From the NCBI GenBank assembly GCA_038042445.1, contig JBBTED010000081.1:1-57964 (forward strand): DNA of 57,964 bases. Direction: 5' to 3'. Numbering within the stretch: the stretch's first letter is position 1; each line of letters opens with the position of its first letter. Positions 48,787-57,591 of this stretch are shown here, piece by piece. Under the pieces are notes generated by a model. The model had not been told where the DNA came from and made no database searches. It saw only the letters and a list, made by a program, of their open reading frames with translations. The position numbers were made by a program, and so were the translations under genes. Origin of the DNA: Candidatus Firestoneibacteriota bacterium. GTDB taxonomy: Bacteria > Oederibacteriota > D2-FULL-39-29 > JBBTED01.

Positions 48787-50840
48787 AAAAAAAAGTTTTT
48801 ACATTGGCAAAAGAAATTGGAATTACCAGTAAAGAGCTTTTAGTAAAACTCAACGAGTTAAATATACCTGCTAAAAGCCATATGGTTGTTCTTGATGAAA
48901 AAACAGTAGAACTTGTGTTGAGCAAATTAACTCCTGCTTCTACTTCTAAAAAAACAAAATCCCCCAAGATAGAAAAAATAACACCTGTGCCAGTTAAAGA
49001 AAAAGCTGTTAAAACGCCGATAAATCGGCAACTACATGAAAAACCTATTGCAGAAAAACAGGAGCCACAAAAACCAATAATAGTTGCACGACCTAAAATA
49101 AAAATAAATGAAACATTGACAATAATGCAGCTTGCAGACAAATTAAATGTAAAAGCTATAGATTTAATAAAAAAATTGCTGTCCCGCGGAATAATGGCAA
49201 CTATAAATCATCGTATAGATACAAAAATGGCAGAATTAATTGCAAATGAGTATGGATACGATATGGAAATCATATCTGTATATAGTGAAGCACTTTTTGA
49301 AGAAGATAATTTAGTAGAAGAAAAATTAGTCCATAGAGCTCCAGTAGTAACTATAATGGGACATGTAGACCATGGAAAAACTTCATTACTTGATGCAATA
49401 AGAAATACAAATGTTATTTCAACAGAATCTGGTGGAATTACTCAGCACATCGGTGCATATAAAGTAAAACTACCGAAAGGTGAAGTAGTATTTCTTGATA
49501 CTCCTGGACATGCAGCATTTACTGCTATGCGTGCCCGTGGTGCACAAGTTACTGATATAGTAGTATTAGTAGTTGCTGCAGACGATGGTGTAATGCCGCA
49601 AACAATAGAAGCTATAGACCACGCTAACGCTGCTAAAGTTTCAATAGTAGTTGCAATAAATAAAATTGATACACCTGGTGCTAATCCTGATAAAGTAAAA
49701 CAGGAATTGGCAAAATATAGTCTTGTCCCGGAAGAATGGGGAGGCAAAACAATATTTGCAAATGTATCTGCAAAAAAAGGCACTGGATTGGAAAATTTAC
49801 TTGAATTGCTTTTGTTGGAAGCTGAAATGCTTGAGTTAAAGGCAAATCCAGACAGACCAGCTAAAGGCGCAATAGTAGAAGCAAGATTAGATAAAGGCCG
49901 CGGACCTGTAGCCACAGTTCTTGTGCAAAATGGAACATTAAAACTTGGCGACTCTTTTGTAGCTGGAATAGTCTCAGGAAAAGTAAGAGCATTAATAACA
50001 GACAAAGGAGAAAGAATAAAAATTGCCGGACCTTCTACACCTGTTGAAATTATTGGTTTTTCAGAACTTCCACAAGCAGGAGATACTTTTCATGTTCTTA
50101 GAGATGACCATTTAGCACGCGAAATAAGTTTAAGACGCCAGGAATTACAAAAAGAAACAAAAATAAAACACGTTTCTCATATAACACTTGAAGATTTATA
50201 CAAAGAAATACAAAAAGGTGAAATAAAAGACTTAAAAATAATAATCAAAGCTGATGTTCAGGGTTCTGTTGAAGCATTGGTTGACAGTATGGAACGTTTA
50301 AGCACAGAAACTGTAAAACTAACAGTAATTCACGGCGGAGTTGGGCATATAAATGAATCCGATATAATGCTCGCTTCAGCTTCAAATGCAATAATTATAG
50401 GATTTCATGTTGAAATATCTACTGAAATATCTGACTTAGCAAAAAAAGAAGAAGTAGATTTTAGCATTTATCAAATAATATACGAAGCTGTAAATAATGT
50501 AAAACTTGCAATGGAAGGTCTGCTTGCTCCTAAATTAGTTGAAGTAATTACAGGCAAAGCAGAAGTAAGACAGATTTTTAAAACATCAAAAACAGCTGCT
50601 ATATCGGGCTCTTATGTTTCTGAAGGAAAAATTACAAGAGGGAATATTATCCGTGTATTAAGAAGTGGTGAAATTGTACACAAAGGCAAAATAGATTCTC
50701 TTAGAAGATTCAAGGAAGATGTAAAAGAAGTGACAACTGGATATGAATGTGGAATACAAATTACAGATTTTCCAAATATGCAGTCTGGAGATATAATTGA
50801 AGCATACGAAATTCAAAAAGTGTTGCAAAAACTAAAATAA
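48783..50840 (+). CDS. infB: Translation initiation factor IF-2
   Basis: MGHVDHGKTSLLD, GGITQHIG, DTPGHAAF, NKID, KADVQGS. Confidence 0.97.
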   Translation: MKKKVFTLAKEIGITSKELLVKLNELNIPAKSHMVVLDEKTVELVLSKLTPASTSKKTKSPKIEKITPVPVKEKAVKTPINRQLHEKPIAEKQEPQKPIIVARPKIKINETLTIMQLADKLNVKAIDLIKKLLSRGIMATINHRIDTKMAELIANEYGYDMEIISVYSEALFEEDNLVEEKLVHRAPVVTIMGHVDHGKTSLLDAIRNTNVISTESGGITQHIGAYKVKLPKGEVVFLDTPGHAAFTAMRARGAQVTDIVVLVVAADDGVMPQTIEAIDHANAAKVSIVVAINKIDTPGANPDKVKQELAKYSLVPEEWGGKTIFANVSAKKGTGLENLLELLLLEAEMLELKANPDRPAKGAIVEARLDKGRGPVATVLVQNGTLKLGDSFVAGIVSGKVRALITDKGERIKIAGPSTPVEIIGFSELPQAGDTFHVLRDDHLAREISLRRQELQKETKIKHVSHITLEDLYKEIQKGEIKDLKIIIKADVQGSVEALVDSMERLSTETVKLTVIHGGVGHINESDIMLASASNAIIIGFHVEISTEISDLAKKEEVDFSIYQIIYEAVNNVKLAMEGLLAPKLVEVITGKAEVRQIFKTSKTAAISGSYVSEGKITRGNIIRVLRSGEIVHKGKIDSLRRFKEDVKEVTTGYECGIQITDFPNMQSGDIIEAYEIQKVLQKLK
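49016..49037. repeat. Family B REP embedded in frame in infB
   Basis: GCCGATAAATCGGCAACTACAT, 22/22 identical to 31629-31650. Confidence 0.9.
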
Positions 50841-50847
50841 ATTTATT

Positions 50848-51195
50848 ATGAAAAGCCACAGAGTAGAAAAAGCTTGTAAACTTATATGGCGACATATAAC
50901 AGAATTAATACACCGTGAAATAAAAGACCCACGTATTGGATTTGTAACAATCACAGCTGTAGAATCAACTCCTGATTTACGAAGTATAAAAGTATTTTTT
51001 AGCGTCCTTGGAGATAATAAATCAAAAAAATCGGCAACACTTGGTCTTAAAAGCGCTACAGGATATATAAGAAGGGAAATAGGCCAAAGAGTCCGTCTAA
51101 GATTTACTCCTGAAATACAATTCAAATTGGATGAGTCTATAGAAAGAGGTGTAAAAATTTCTTCCTTACTGGATTCCATAAAAGAAAATGTGTGA
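50848..51195 (+). CDS. rbfA: Ribosome-binding factor A
   Basis: IKDPRIGFVTIT, DLR, LRFTPEIQFKLDES. Confidence 0.95.
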   Translation: MKSHRVEKACKLIWRHITELIHREIKDPRIGFVTITAVESTPDLRSIKVFFSVLGDNKSKKSATLGLKSATGYIRREIGQRVRLRFTPEIQFKLDESIERGVKISSLLDSIKENV

Positions 51196-52150
51196 TATTG
51201 GAACCTTAGCCAATGTATTTGAAAAAGAAAATAACTTTTTGATATCTGCACACGTTAATCCAGATGGTGATGCTATTGGGTCACAACTTGCATTAGCAAT
51301 AGCATTAAGAAAATTAGGAAAAACAGTAGCACTTGCAAACGCCCATCCTGTACCGAATATTTATCATTTTTTACCACAATGGGATACCATAAAAATCAAG
51401 CCGGAACACCTAATACCCTCAGATGTATTTGTAGCAATAGAATGTCCTACCTTAGATAGATTAGGTTATATGAATGAACATACAAAGATGTCCAAAATAA
51501 TTGTTAATATTGACCATCACTTATCAAATGCAAGATTTGGGAAGTATAATTATGTAAAAACTTCTGCTGCTGCTGTAGGCGAACAGATATATGATATTTT
51601 AAGATTTATGAGATTTAAATTTACTCTTGATATTGCAATTTGCATATACACATCAATTCTTACTGATACAGGTTCATTTACTTATGCAAATACAACACAT
51701 ACAACACATAGAATAGCTTCAGAACTCATAAAACTTGGAGCCAACCCTACAGAAATTTCACAATATATTTATGAAAATAATTCGCTGAGTAAATTACATT
51801 TACTTGCACTTACATTACAAACACTGCAAATATGCTCTGATGGAAAAATAGCATGGGCTACATTAACAAAAGAAATGTATGAAAAAACTAAAACTCATTT
51901 TGATGAAACTGATGGATTCATAAATTATGTCCGTTCACTTGCAGGTATTAAAGTAGCAATTTTATTTAGGGAAGAACACGACAAGATAAAAGTAAGCTTT
52001 CGTTCTAAAGACAGAACTATAGATGTAAATAAAATAGCTTCTAAGTTTGGTGGAGGCGGACATTATCAAGCAGCAGGATGCACAATAATAGGCAAAATAA
52101 ATGATGTCAAAAACAACATACTTGCCGAAGTTGCCCGCAATTTATCTTAA
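51188..52150 (+). CDS. nrnA: DHH/DHHA1 oligoribonuclease / pAp phosphatase
   Basis: HVNPDGDAIGS, IDHH, TDTG, SFRS, GGGGH. Confidence 0.9.
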   Translation: MCDIGTLANVFEKENNFLISAHVNPDGDAIGSQLALAIALRKLGKTVALANAHPVPNIYHFLPQWDTIKIKPEHLIPSDVFVAIECPTLDRLGYMNEHTKMSKIIVNIDHHLSNARFGKYNYVKTSAAAVGEQIYDILRFMRFKFTLDIAICIYTSILTDTGSFTYANTTHTTHRIASELIKLGANPTEISQYIYENNSLSKLHLLALTLQTLQICSDGKIAWATLTKEMYEKTKTHFDETDGFINYVRSLAGIKVAILFREEHDKIKVSFRSKDRTIDVNKIASKFGGGGHYQAAGCTIIGKINDVKNNILAEVARNLS

Positions 52151-52180
52151 ATCAGCAAGATTTTTATCTTAACTTTTTAA

Positions 52181-53104
52181 ATGAAATTACTTAAAAAAAA
52201 TTTCGGTTATAAAAATACTGTATGTGCTTTAGGTGCATTCGACGGTATACATATTGGGCATAAAAAAATTATCAGAGAAACAATAAAAATTGCGCATAAG
52301 TTACAGGCGAAAAGTATAATTTTAACTTTTGAACCACATCCCAAAAAAGCGCTTGCCAAAAATAATTTTCCATTATTGCTTACTCCATATTATAAAAAAA
52401 TTGACTTAATAAAAAATCTATCTCCAGATTTAGTGCTAAGTGTAGACTTCAATACAAGTTTTGCAAATATGTCCGCCCAACATTTTATAGAATTTATTCT
52501 TGTTAAAAAATTAAATATAAGGGCTATAGTTATCGGACCTAATTTCCGTTTTGGGAAAGAAAGAATAGGGAATATACAATTACTTAAAAAATTCGGGAAA
52601 TTACACGATTTTAAAGTAGTTATTGTACAACCTGCAAAAATAAATGGACAAATTATAAGCAGCACAGTAATACGAAAGTTAATCACAACAGGCAAATTAG
52701 AAAAAGCAAATATTTTTTTAGGTAGAAAATATTCAATAATAGGAAATGTAATTAAAGGTATTGGCAGGGGAAGAAAATTAGGGTTTCCAACCGCAAATGT
52801 ATCTATTCACCATGAAATTCTACCACCTTGTGGAGTCTATGCAGTCCAAGTAATTTTTAAAAATAATCTTTATAACGGTATATGCAATATTGGATTTAAT
52901 CCCACATTTATAAAGAAAAAACCAGAAAACCCAATAGTAGAAGTCCATATCATTAACAAAGTTTTTTCCAAGCCCTTATACGGCAAAATTTTAGAGATAA
53001 TATTCATAAAAAAACTCCGCAATGAAAAAACCTTTGCCAACGTCAGTGATTTAACTAAACAAATAGCAAAAGATAAAACATCCGCTTTAAAATATTTGGT
53101 CTAA
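52181..53104 (+). CDS. ribF: Bifunctional riboflavin kinase / FAD synthetase
   Basis: GAFDGIHIGH, TFEPHP, ISST, GRKLGFPTAN, GVY, EVH. Confidence 0.95.
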   Translation: MKLLKKNFGYKNTVCALGAFDGIHIGHKKIIRETIKIAHKLQAKSIILTFEPHPKKALAKNNFPLLLTPYYKKIDLIKNLSPDLVLSVDFNTSFANMSAQHFIEFILVKKLNIRAIVIGPNFRFGKERIGNIQLLKKFGKLHDFKVVIVQPAKINGQIISSTVIRKLITTGKLEKANIFLGRKYSIIGNVIKGIGRGRKLGFPTANVSIHHEILPPCGVYAVQVIFKNNLYNGICNIGFNPTFIKKKPENPIVEVHIINKVFSKPLYGKILEIIFIKKLRNEKTFANVSDLTKQIAKDKTSALKYLV

Positions 53105-53169
53105 TTGTTGTTGTATAATTGCTTTTAAAATAGTAGAATTCGGTTAGTATTTTATGAACTAAGCTTAGC

Positions 53170-53202
53170 ATAACTTCGTATAATATATAATTTATATTAA
53201 GA
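53170..53202. other. dif-like tyrosine-recombinase site
   Basis: ACTTCGTATAA-TATATAAT-TTATATTAAGA; XerC-like and XerD-like arms, 8-nt spacer. Confidence 0.5.
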
Positions 53203-53228
53203 AATGCAAAATATCCTGCTCAACGAAT

Positions 53229-54041
53229 ATGCAAAAACTATTTTACGAAAAACCGCGATTTAAGCTATACCAAGCAGATTGCTTAGAAATTTTAAATTCC
53301 CTGCCTGAAAACTTGGTGGATATGATTTTTGCTGATCCTCCTTATTTTTTATCTAGTGGGAGTTTTACTTGTCAAAATGGTAAAATGGTGAGTGTTAAAA
53401 AAGGCGACTGGGATTTGACTAATGGGACGGAAAAAAATTTTGAATTTCATAATAAATGGATAAAGGCGTGCAGACGAGTATTAAAGCCAAATGGAACAAT
53501 TTGGATTAGTGGAACTTATCACTCAATTTATCAATGCGGATTCGCCTTAGAAATAAATAATTACCATTTTTTAAACGATATTGCTTGGTTTAAACCAAAT
53601 GCTTCGCCAAATTTAAGCTGTCGATTTTTTACCGCAAGTCATGAAACTTTGCTTTGGGCGAGAAAAGAAAAAAAAGGCAAGCATACTTTTAATTATGAAC
53701 TAATAAAAAATGGTGATTGGTCAGAAGATCAATTAAAAAAGCCAGGATTACAAATGCGTTCTGTTTGGTCAATTAATACACCAAAACCTATTGAAAAAAA
53801 ATTTGGCAAACACCCAACCCAAAAATCTTTTGATTTGTTAAAAAGAATTGTTTTAGCAAGCACAAACAAGGGTGATGTAATTTTAGATCCTTTTACTGGA
53901 AGCTCAACAACAGGACTTGCGTCCTATCTTTATGGCAGAAACTTTATTGGAATTGACACAGAAAAACAGTATTTAGATTTATCAATCAAAAGATTCGAAG
54001 AATTGGACAAGAATTTAAAAAATAAACTTTCTAAAAAATAG
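53229..54041 (+). CDS. Beta-class amino-DNA methyltransferase, DpnA/M2.MboI-like
   Basis: MIFADPPYFLS, VSVKKGDWD, GTYH, HPTQK, LDPFTGSSTT. Confidence 0.9.
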   Translation: MQKLFYEKPRFKLYQADCLEILNSLPENLVDMIFADPPYFLSSGSFTCQNGKMVSVKKGDWDLTNGTEKNFEFHNKWIKACRRVLKPNGTIWISGTYHSIYQCGFALEINNYHFLNDIAWFKPNASPNLSCRFFTASHETLLWARKEKKGKHTFNYELIKNGDWSEDQLKKPGLQMRSVWSINTPKPIEKKFGKHPTQKSFDLLKRIVLASTNKGDVILDPFTGSSTTGLASYLYGRNFIGIDTEKQYLDLSIKRFEELDKNLKNKLSKK

Positions 54042-54042
54042 T

Positions 54043-54687
54043 ATGAAAATAGTCACAAGGACAACAGCAATCAACAATTTGAAAAAGCATGTCGGACAAA
54101 ATTTGCGAAAACTTGCCTTGCAACATGGAATTACAACCTACGAAACAGGAAAGCAAAACAAAGGCTGGAAAGGTTTAGTTTTGGAAATATTGGCGGGATT
54201 GGAAAATAATGTTTCAAAAGCACCAAATGGGCTTTCTTATGAATTGAAATCAGTTAGTTTTCACAGTGTCAAAAATGAACTTGTGCCAAAGGAAACAATG
54301 GCAATCACAATGATCAATCCAGAAGAATTAAAAAAACACTCGTTTTTTGAAAGCCATTGTTGGGCGAAATTAAAGTCTATAGTTTTTTGTGCGATAATGT
54401 GGCACGGCACAAATTCCGAAAAAGCGGAATTGTTAAAAGTGACAAGTTTAGATTTTGCTGAAAATGATGAACTTATAAAAGAAATTAAAGCGGATTACGA
54501 TTTTATTCGTGAGAAACTAACCAAACATGGTTTTGAAAGTTTGACTGGCAAAGACGGGAAATGGATACAGGCGAGGACAAAAGGAACTGGCGGAATAAAT
54601 CCAAAAACAGGAAAACGTCGACCAATTACTCGTGCGTTTTACGCAAGAACAGGTTTAGTTAAAAAGATTTTTAAAACCGCAAGCTAA
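54043..54687 (+). CDS. MutH/Sau3AI-family endonuclease, single domain
   Basis: NKGWKG..LE, ELKSV, PKETMAIT, IKADYDFIR, QARTKG, RAFY. Confidence 0.75.
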   Translation: MKIVTRTTAINNLKKHVGQNLRKLALQHGITTYETGKQNKGWKGLVLEILAGLENNVSKAPNGLSYELKSVSFHSVKNELVPKETMAITMINPEELKKHSFFESHCWAKLKSIVFCAIMWHGTNSEKAELLKVTSLDFAENDELIKEIKADYDFIREKLTKHGFESLTGKDGKWIQARTKGTGGINPKTGKRRPITRAFYARTGLVKKIFKTAS

Positions 54688-54837
54688 TATTTTAATTATT
54701 TTAAAAATATAAGCAAAAAAAATTCAATGCTTCTTTAAAAATCAAAAAGCAAGATGGTATAAAATTATTTGGAAACCCCGATGCAAAGCGTGGTTTATGT
54801 TTTAAAGATAAACCAATAAATTGTTTACTACAATTAA

Positions 54838-54860
54838 TGCCTATAAATCGGTAACTACAT
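54838..54860. repeat. Degenerate family B REP
   Basis: TGCCTATAAATCGGTAACTACAT. Confidence 0.6.
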
Positions 54861-54870
54861 ACTGAAAATT

Positions 54871-55053
54871 ATGGAAATAGAAATTTGTAATGAATGTGGA
54901 AAAAGTGTTCAATGGGGAACAGGATTCTTTGTAAACAGAGTAGCAGACCTTAATGAAACTGAATATAGGGTTGAAATGGGAAAACCTTTTCCAGAAGGTA
55001 ATTTTATTTGTATAGAATGCGATGAAAAAATTAGAAATATGATATGGACATAA
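54871..55053 (+). CDS. Small CxxC...CxxC zinc-ribbon-like protein
   Basis: CNECG...CIECD in 60 aa. Confidence 0.65.
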   Translation: MEIEICNECGKSVQWGTGFFVNRVADLNETEYRVEMGKPFPEGNFICIECDEKIRNMIWT

Positions 55054-55180
55054 ACAAGAAAAATTATAATGTTAAAAGTAAGAGTTTCATCTACTGCAAC
55101 AGCACCCTACCGAACACCTAAAACACTTCAATTGGGGGATACCATCTACCTTCCCTTTTCCACACAAAATTATTTTAGTA

Positions 55181-55209
55181 TTGATAATAGGTACATAATA
55201 TGGTACTAT
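55181..55209 (+). promoter_or_regulatory. yefM-yoeB promoter with two GTAC cores 12 bp apart
   Basis: TTGATA-17-TACTAT; GTAC at 55191 and 55203. Confidence 0.6.
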
Positions 55210-55229
55210 ATTGTTGGAGGTAAAAGAAT

Positions 55230-55472
55230 ATGACAACATTAACAGTAAGCGAGGCAAGGACAAAACTTTTCAGATTATTGGATGAAACTGCATTATCCCA
55301 TAACCCTATTCAAATTAAAGGGAAAAGGACAAGTGCAGTTTTGATTTCTGAAGAAGATTGGCGTAATATAGAAGAAACGCTTTATATTCTTTCAATCCCC
55401 AAAATGCGAGAATTTATTCAAAAAGGTCTAAAAACACCTATTTCAAAATGTGTTAAGAATTTGAAATGGTAA
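55230..55472 (+). CDS. yefM: Phd/YefM antitoxin
   Basis: SEARTKLFRLLD, AVLISEEDW..IEETLY. Confidence 0.9.
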   Translation: MTTLTVSEARTKLFRLLDETALSHNPIQIKGKRTSAVLISEEDWRNIEETLYILSIPKMREFIQKGLKTPISKCVKNLKW

Positions 55473-55732
55473 TATGGCAACTTATATTCACTAAACAAGC
55501 TTTAAAAGATTCGAAAAAAATAAAAACATTTGGACTTAAATCTAAAGTAGAAGAACTTTTAAAAATTTTACAAAAAAATCCTTTTCAAAATCCGCCCAGA
55601 TTTGAAAAATTAGTTGGAGATTTAGCTGGTGCATATTCCCGTCGGATAAATATTCAACACCGTTTAGTATATCAAATTTTAACAGAACGCAAAACAGTTA
55701 AAATAATCAGCATGTGGACTCATTATGAATAA
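55466..55732 (+). CDS. yoeB: Txe/YoeB toxin
   Basis: EKLVGDLAGAYSRRINIQHRLVY, WTHYE. Confidence 0.92.
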   Translation: MVIWQLIFTKQALKDSKKIKTFGLKSKVEELLKILQKNPFQNPPRFEKLVGDLAGAYSRRINIQHRLVYQILTERKTVKIISMWTHYE

Positions 55733-55829
55733 AATTTTTAGTACAGATTTCAAAATTACTATAAAATAATATTGGCAATGTAACTACATTATGGTAACAT
55801 TGTAATATAGGATAAAAAAGAGGAACTTA

Positions 55830-56108
55830 ATGAACATCCATGAATTTGATTGGGATGAAAAAAATGAAAATCATATTGCAAAACACAACATTAGTACTTC
55901 CGAGGTTGAAGAGACGCTTTTATTTCGTAAGCCCTTCTATCAGAAAACTAGAGAAGGCAAATATATTGCTTATGCGATTACAGAAAATGGTAGATATATC
56001 TTTATAGTTTTTGCTATCAAAAGTGGTGGTCGCATAAGAATAATTAGTGCCAGGAATATGACTGAAAAGGAAAAACGTTATTACAAAAATAGGAAGGGGA
56101 TAAAATAA
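55830..56108 (+). CDS. brnT: BrnT-family toxin
   Basis: FDWDEKNENHIAKH, RIRIISAR..TEKE. Confidence 0.85.
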   Translation: MNIHEFDWDEKNENHIAKHNISTSEVEETLLFRKPFYQKTREGKYIAYAITENGRYIFIVFAIKSGGRIRIISARNMTEKEKRYYKNRKGIK

Positions 56109-56109
56109 T

Positions 56110-56445
56110 ATGAAAAAGATACCTAAATTTAAAACTGAAGAAGAAGAATCGCTATTTTGGGATATTCACAGTCCACTCGATTATTCTGGTGAATTTATGG
56201 ATGTGAAAGAACCTTTTGAATTTGCTCCTAATCTCTTAAAAAAAGCTGCTGAAAGACGTGAGGTGAGAAAACGCTCTCTCACCTTAAGAATGGGACAAAG
56301 ACAAATTGATTTAGCTAAGGTTATTGCTAAATACAGAGGACTTGGTTACCAGACTTTAATGAGAATATGGGTCATTGAAGGAATCCGCCAAGAGATTAAG
56401 ACACATCCAGAGATAGGAAAACTCCTTGCCACAAAGTACAGATAA
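56110..56445 (+). CDS. BrnA/CopG-like antitoxin
   Basis: IPKFKTEEEE..FWD, LTLR, GLGYQTLMR. Confidence 0.8.
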   Translation: MKKIPKFKTEEEESLFWDIHSPLDYSGEFMDVKEPFEFAPNLLKKAAERREVRKRSLTLRMGQRQIDLAKVIAKYRGLGYQTLMRIWVIEGIRQEIKTHPEIGKLLATKYR

Positions 56446-56484
56446 ACGCTGACAAAAAATTGCAAAATAAAAACTAATGCGTAA

Positions 56485-57591
56485 ATGTTAATTAAGCATA
56501 TACACGGTGGCGATGTAAAGAAAACTTTATCATGCACTTCGAAAAGGTGGGTCTGTGATTTTAGTGCTAATATTAATCCGTTGGGAATGCCTAAATCTGT
56601 AGAATTGGCTTTAAAAAAGCATATTTCTTCTTTGGTTAATTATCCTGAAATTGGGTCTAAAGAACTTTGCCGGGAAATTGCAAAATATCATAATATAAAA
56701 CCTAAAAACATAATTGTTGGAAATGGTTCGGGTGAACTTATTTATTTGTTTGCAAGAGCTTTTAAACCTAAATCAGCTATTATTCCAGTACCAACATTTA
56801 GTGAATATGAAATGGCTTTAAAAACTCAAAACACTAAGATGTTTTTTCTGAAGCTTTCTCAAAAAGATGAGTTTAAATTGTCGATTGATAAAATCTCCCC
56901 TAGCCCCTCTTTTACAAAGAGGGGGAATCCACTAAAATTCCAGAATACCAAAAAAACTGATGTGTTTTTTATATGTAATCCAAATAATCCTACTGGAGTA
57001 CTAACAGAAAAAGAAGTGCTTTTAAAATTAGTGAGTATGAATAAATTTTTATTTATTGACGAGGTTTTTATGGATTTTGTTGACAAACAAGAAAAATTCA
57101 CTATGTTAGATGTAGCTATAAGACAAAAAAATATATTTATTTTGAAATCACTTACAAAATTATTTGCTTTGCCGGGACTTCGAATTGGCTATGGAGTAGC
57201 TCATCCTGAAATTATAGAAAGACTAAAATGTATGCAGGAGCCATGGAATGTAAATACTTTAGCGCAAATATCTGGGATATATGCTTTAAAAGACAAAACT
57301 TATATTAAAAATAGTATTCTTCAAAATAAAGTAGCAAGAGAACATTTATATAATGAATTAACTAAAATAAATGGACTAACACCTTACTATCCATACGCTA
57401 ATTTTATTTTTATTGAATTAATAAGTAAAAATGCGAACTCTAAAGATATAGCTTTAAAAATGTTAAGATTAGGATTACCTATACGCGACTGCTCCTCATT
57501 TAGAAGTCTTGGCAGTAAATTTATTAGAATTGCTGTTAAATCCAGACAAGAAAATAATCGGTTAGTAAAAACACTTAAAAATGTGGTTTGA
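56485..57591 (+). CDS. cobD: L-threonine-O-3-phosphate decarboxylase
   Basis: HGG, DFSANINPLG, GNGSGELI, PTFSEY, CNPNNPTG, DEVF.DF, SLTKLFALPGLRIGY. Confidence 0.9.
   Translation: MLIKHIHGGDVKKTLSCTSKRWVCDFSANINPLGMPKSVELALKKHISSLVNYPEIGSKELCREIAKYHNIKPKNIIVGNGSGELIYLFARAFKPKSAIIPVPTFSEYEMALKTQNTKMFFLKLSQKDEFKLSIDKISPSPSFTKRGNPLKFQNTKKTDVFFICNPNNPTGVLTEKEVLLKLVSMNKFLFIDEVFMDFVDKQEKFTMLDVAIRQKNIFILKSLTKLFALPGLRIGYGVAHPEIIERLKCMQEPWNVNTLAQISGIYALKDKTYIKNSILQNKVAREHLYNELTKINGLTPYYPYANFIFIELISKNANSKDIALKMLRLGLPIRDCSSFRSLGSKFIRIAVKSRQENNRLVKTLKNVV
56891..56935. repeat. Family F palindrome embedded in frame in cobD
   Basis: AAATCTCCCCTAGCCCCTCTTTTACAAAGAGGGGGAA matches intergenic 20293-20328. Confidence 0.85.

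Noticed and set aside
53170..53203. Engineered loxP site / vector contamination
   Set aside because: Only one arm matches; spacer and second arm differ; no vector sequence nearby
56446..56484. Cobalamin riboswitch before cobD
   Set aside because: Only about 39 nt of intergenic space and no B12-box
2415..57101. Many 60-190 aa antisense ORFs in the track
   Set aside because: Shadows of well-supported genes on the opposite strand, with no recognisable motifs
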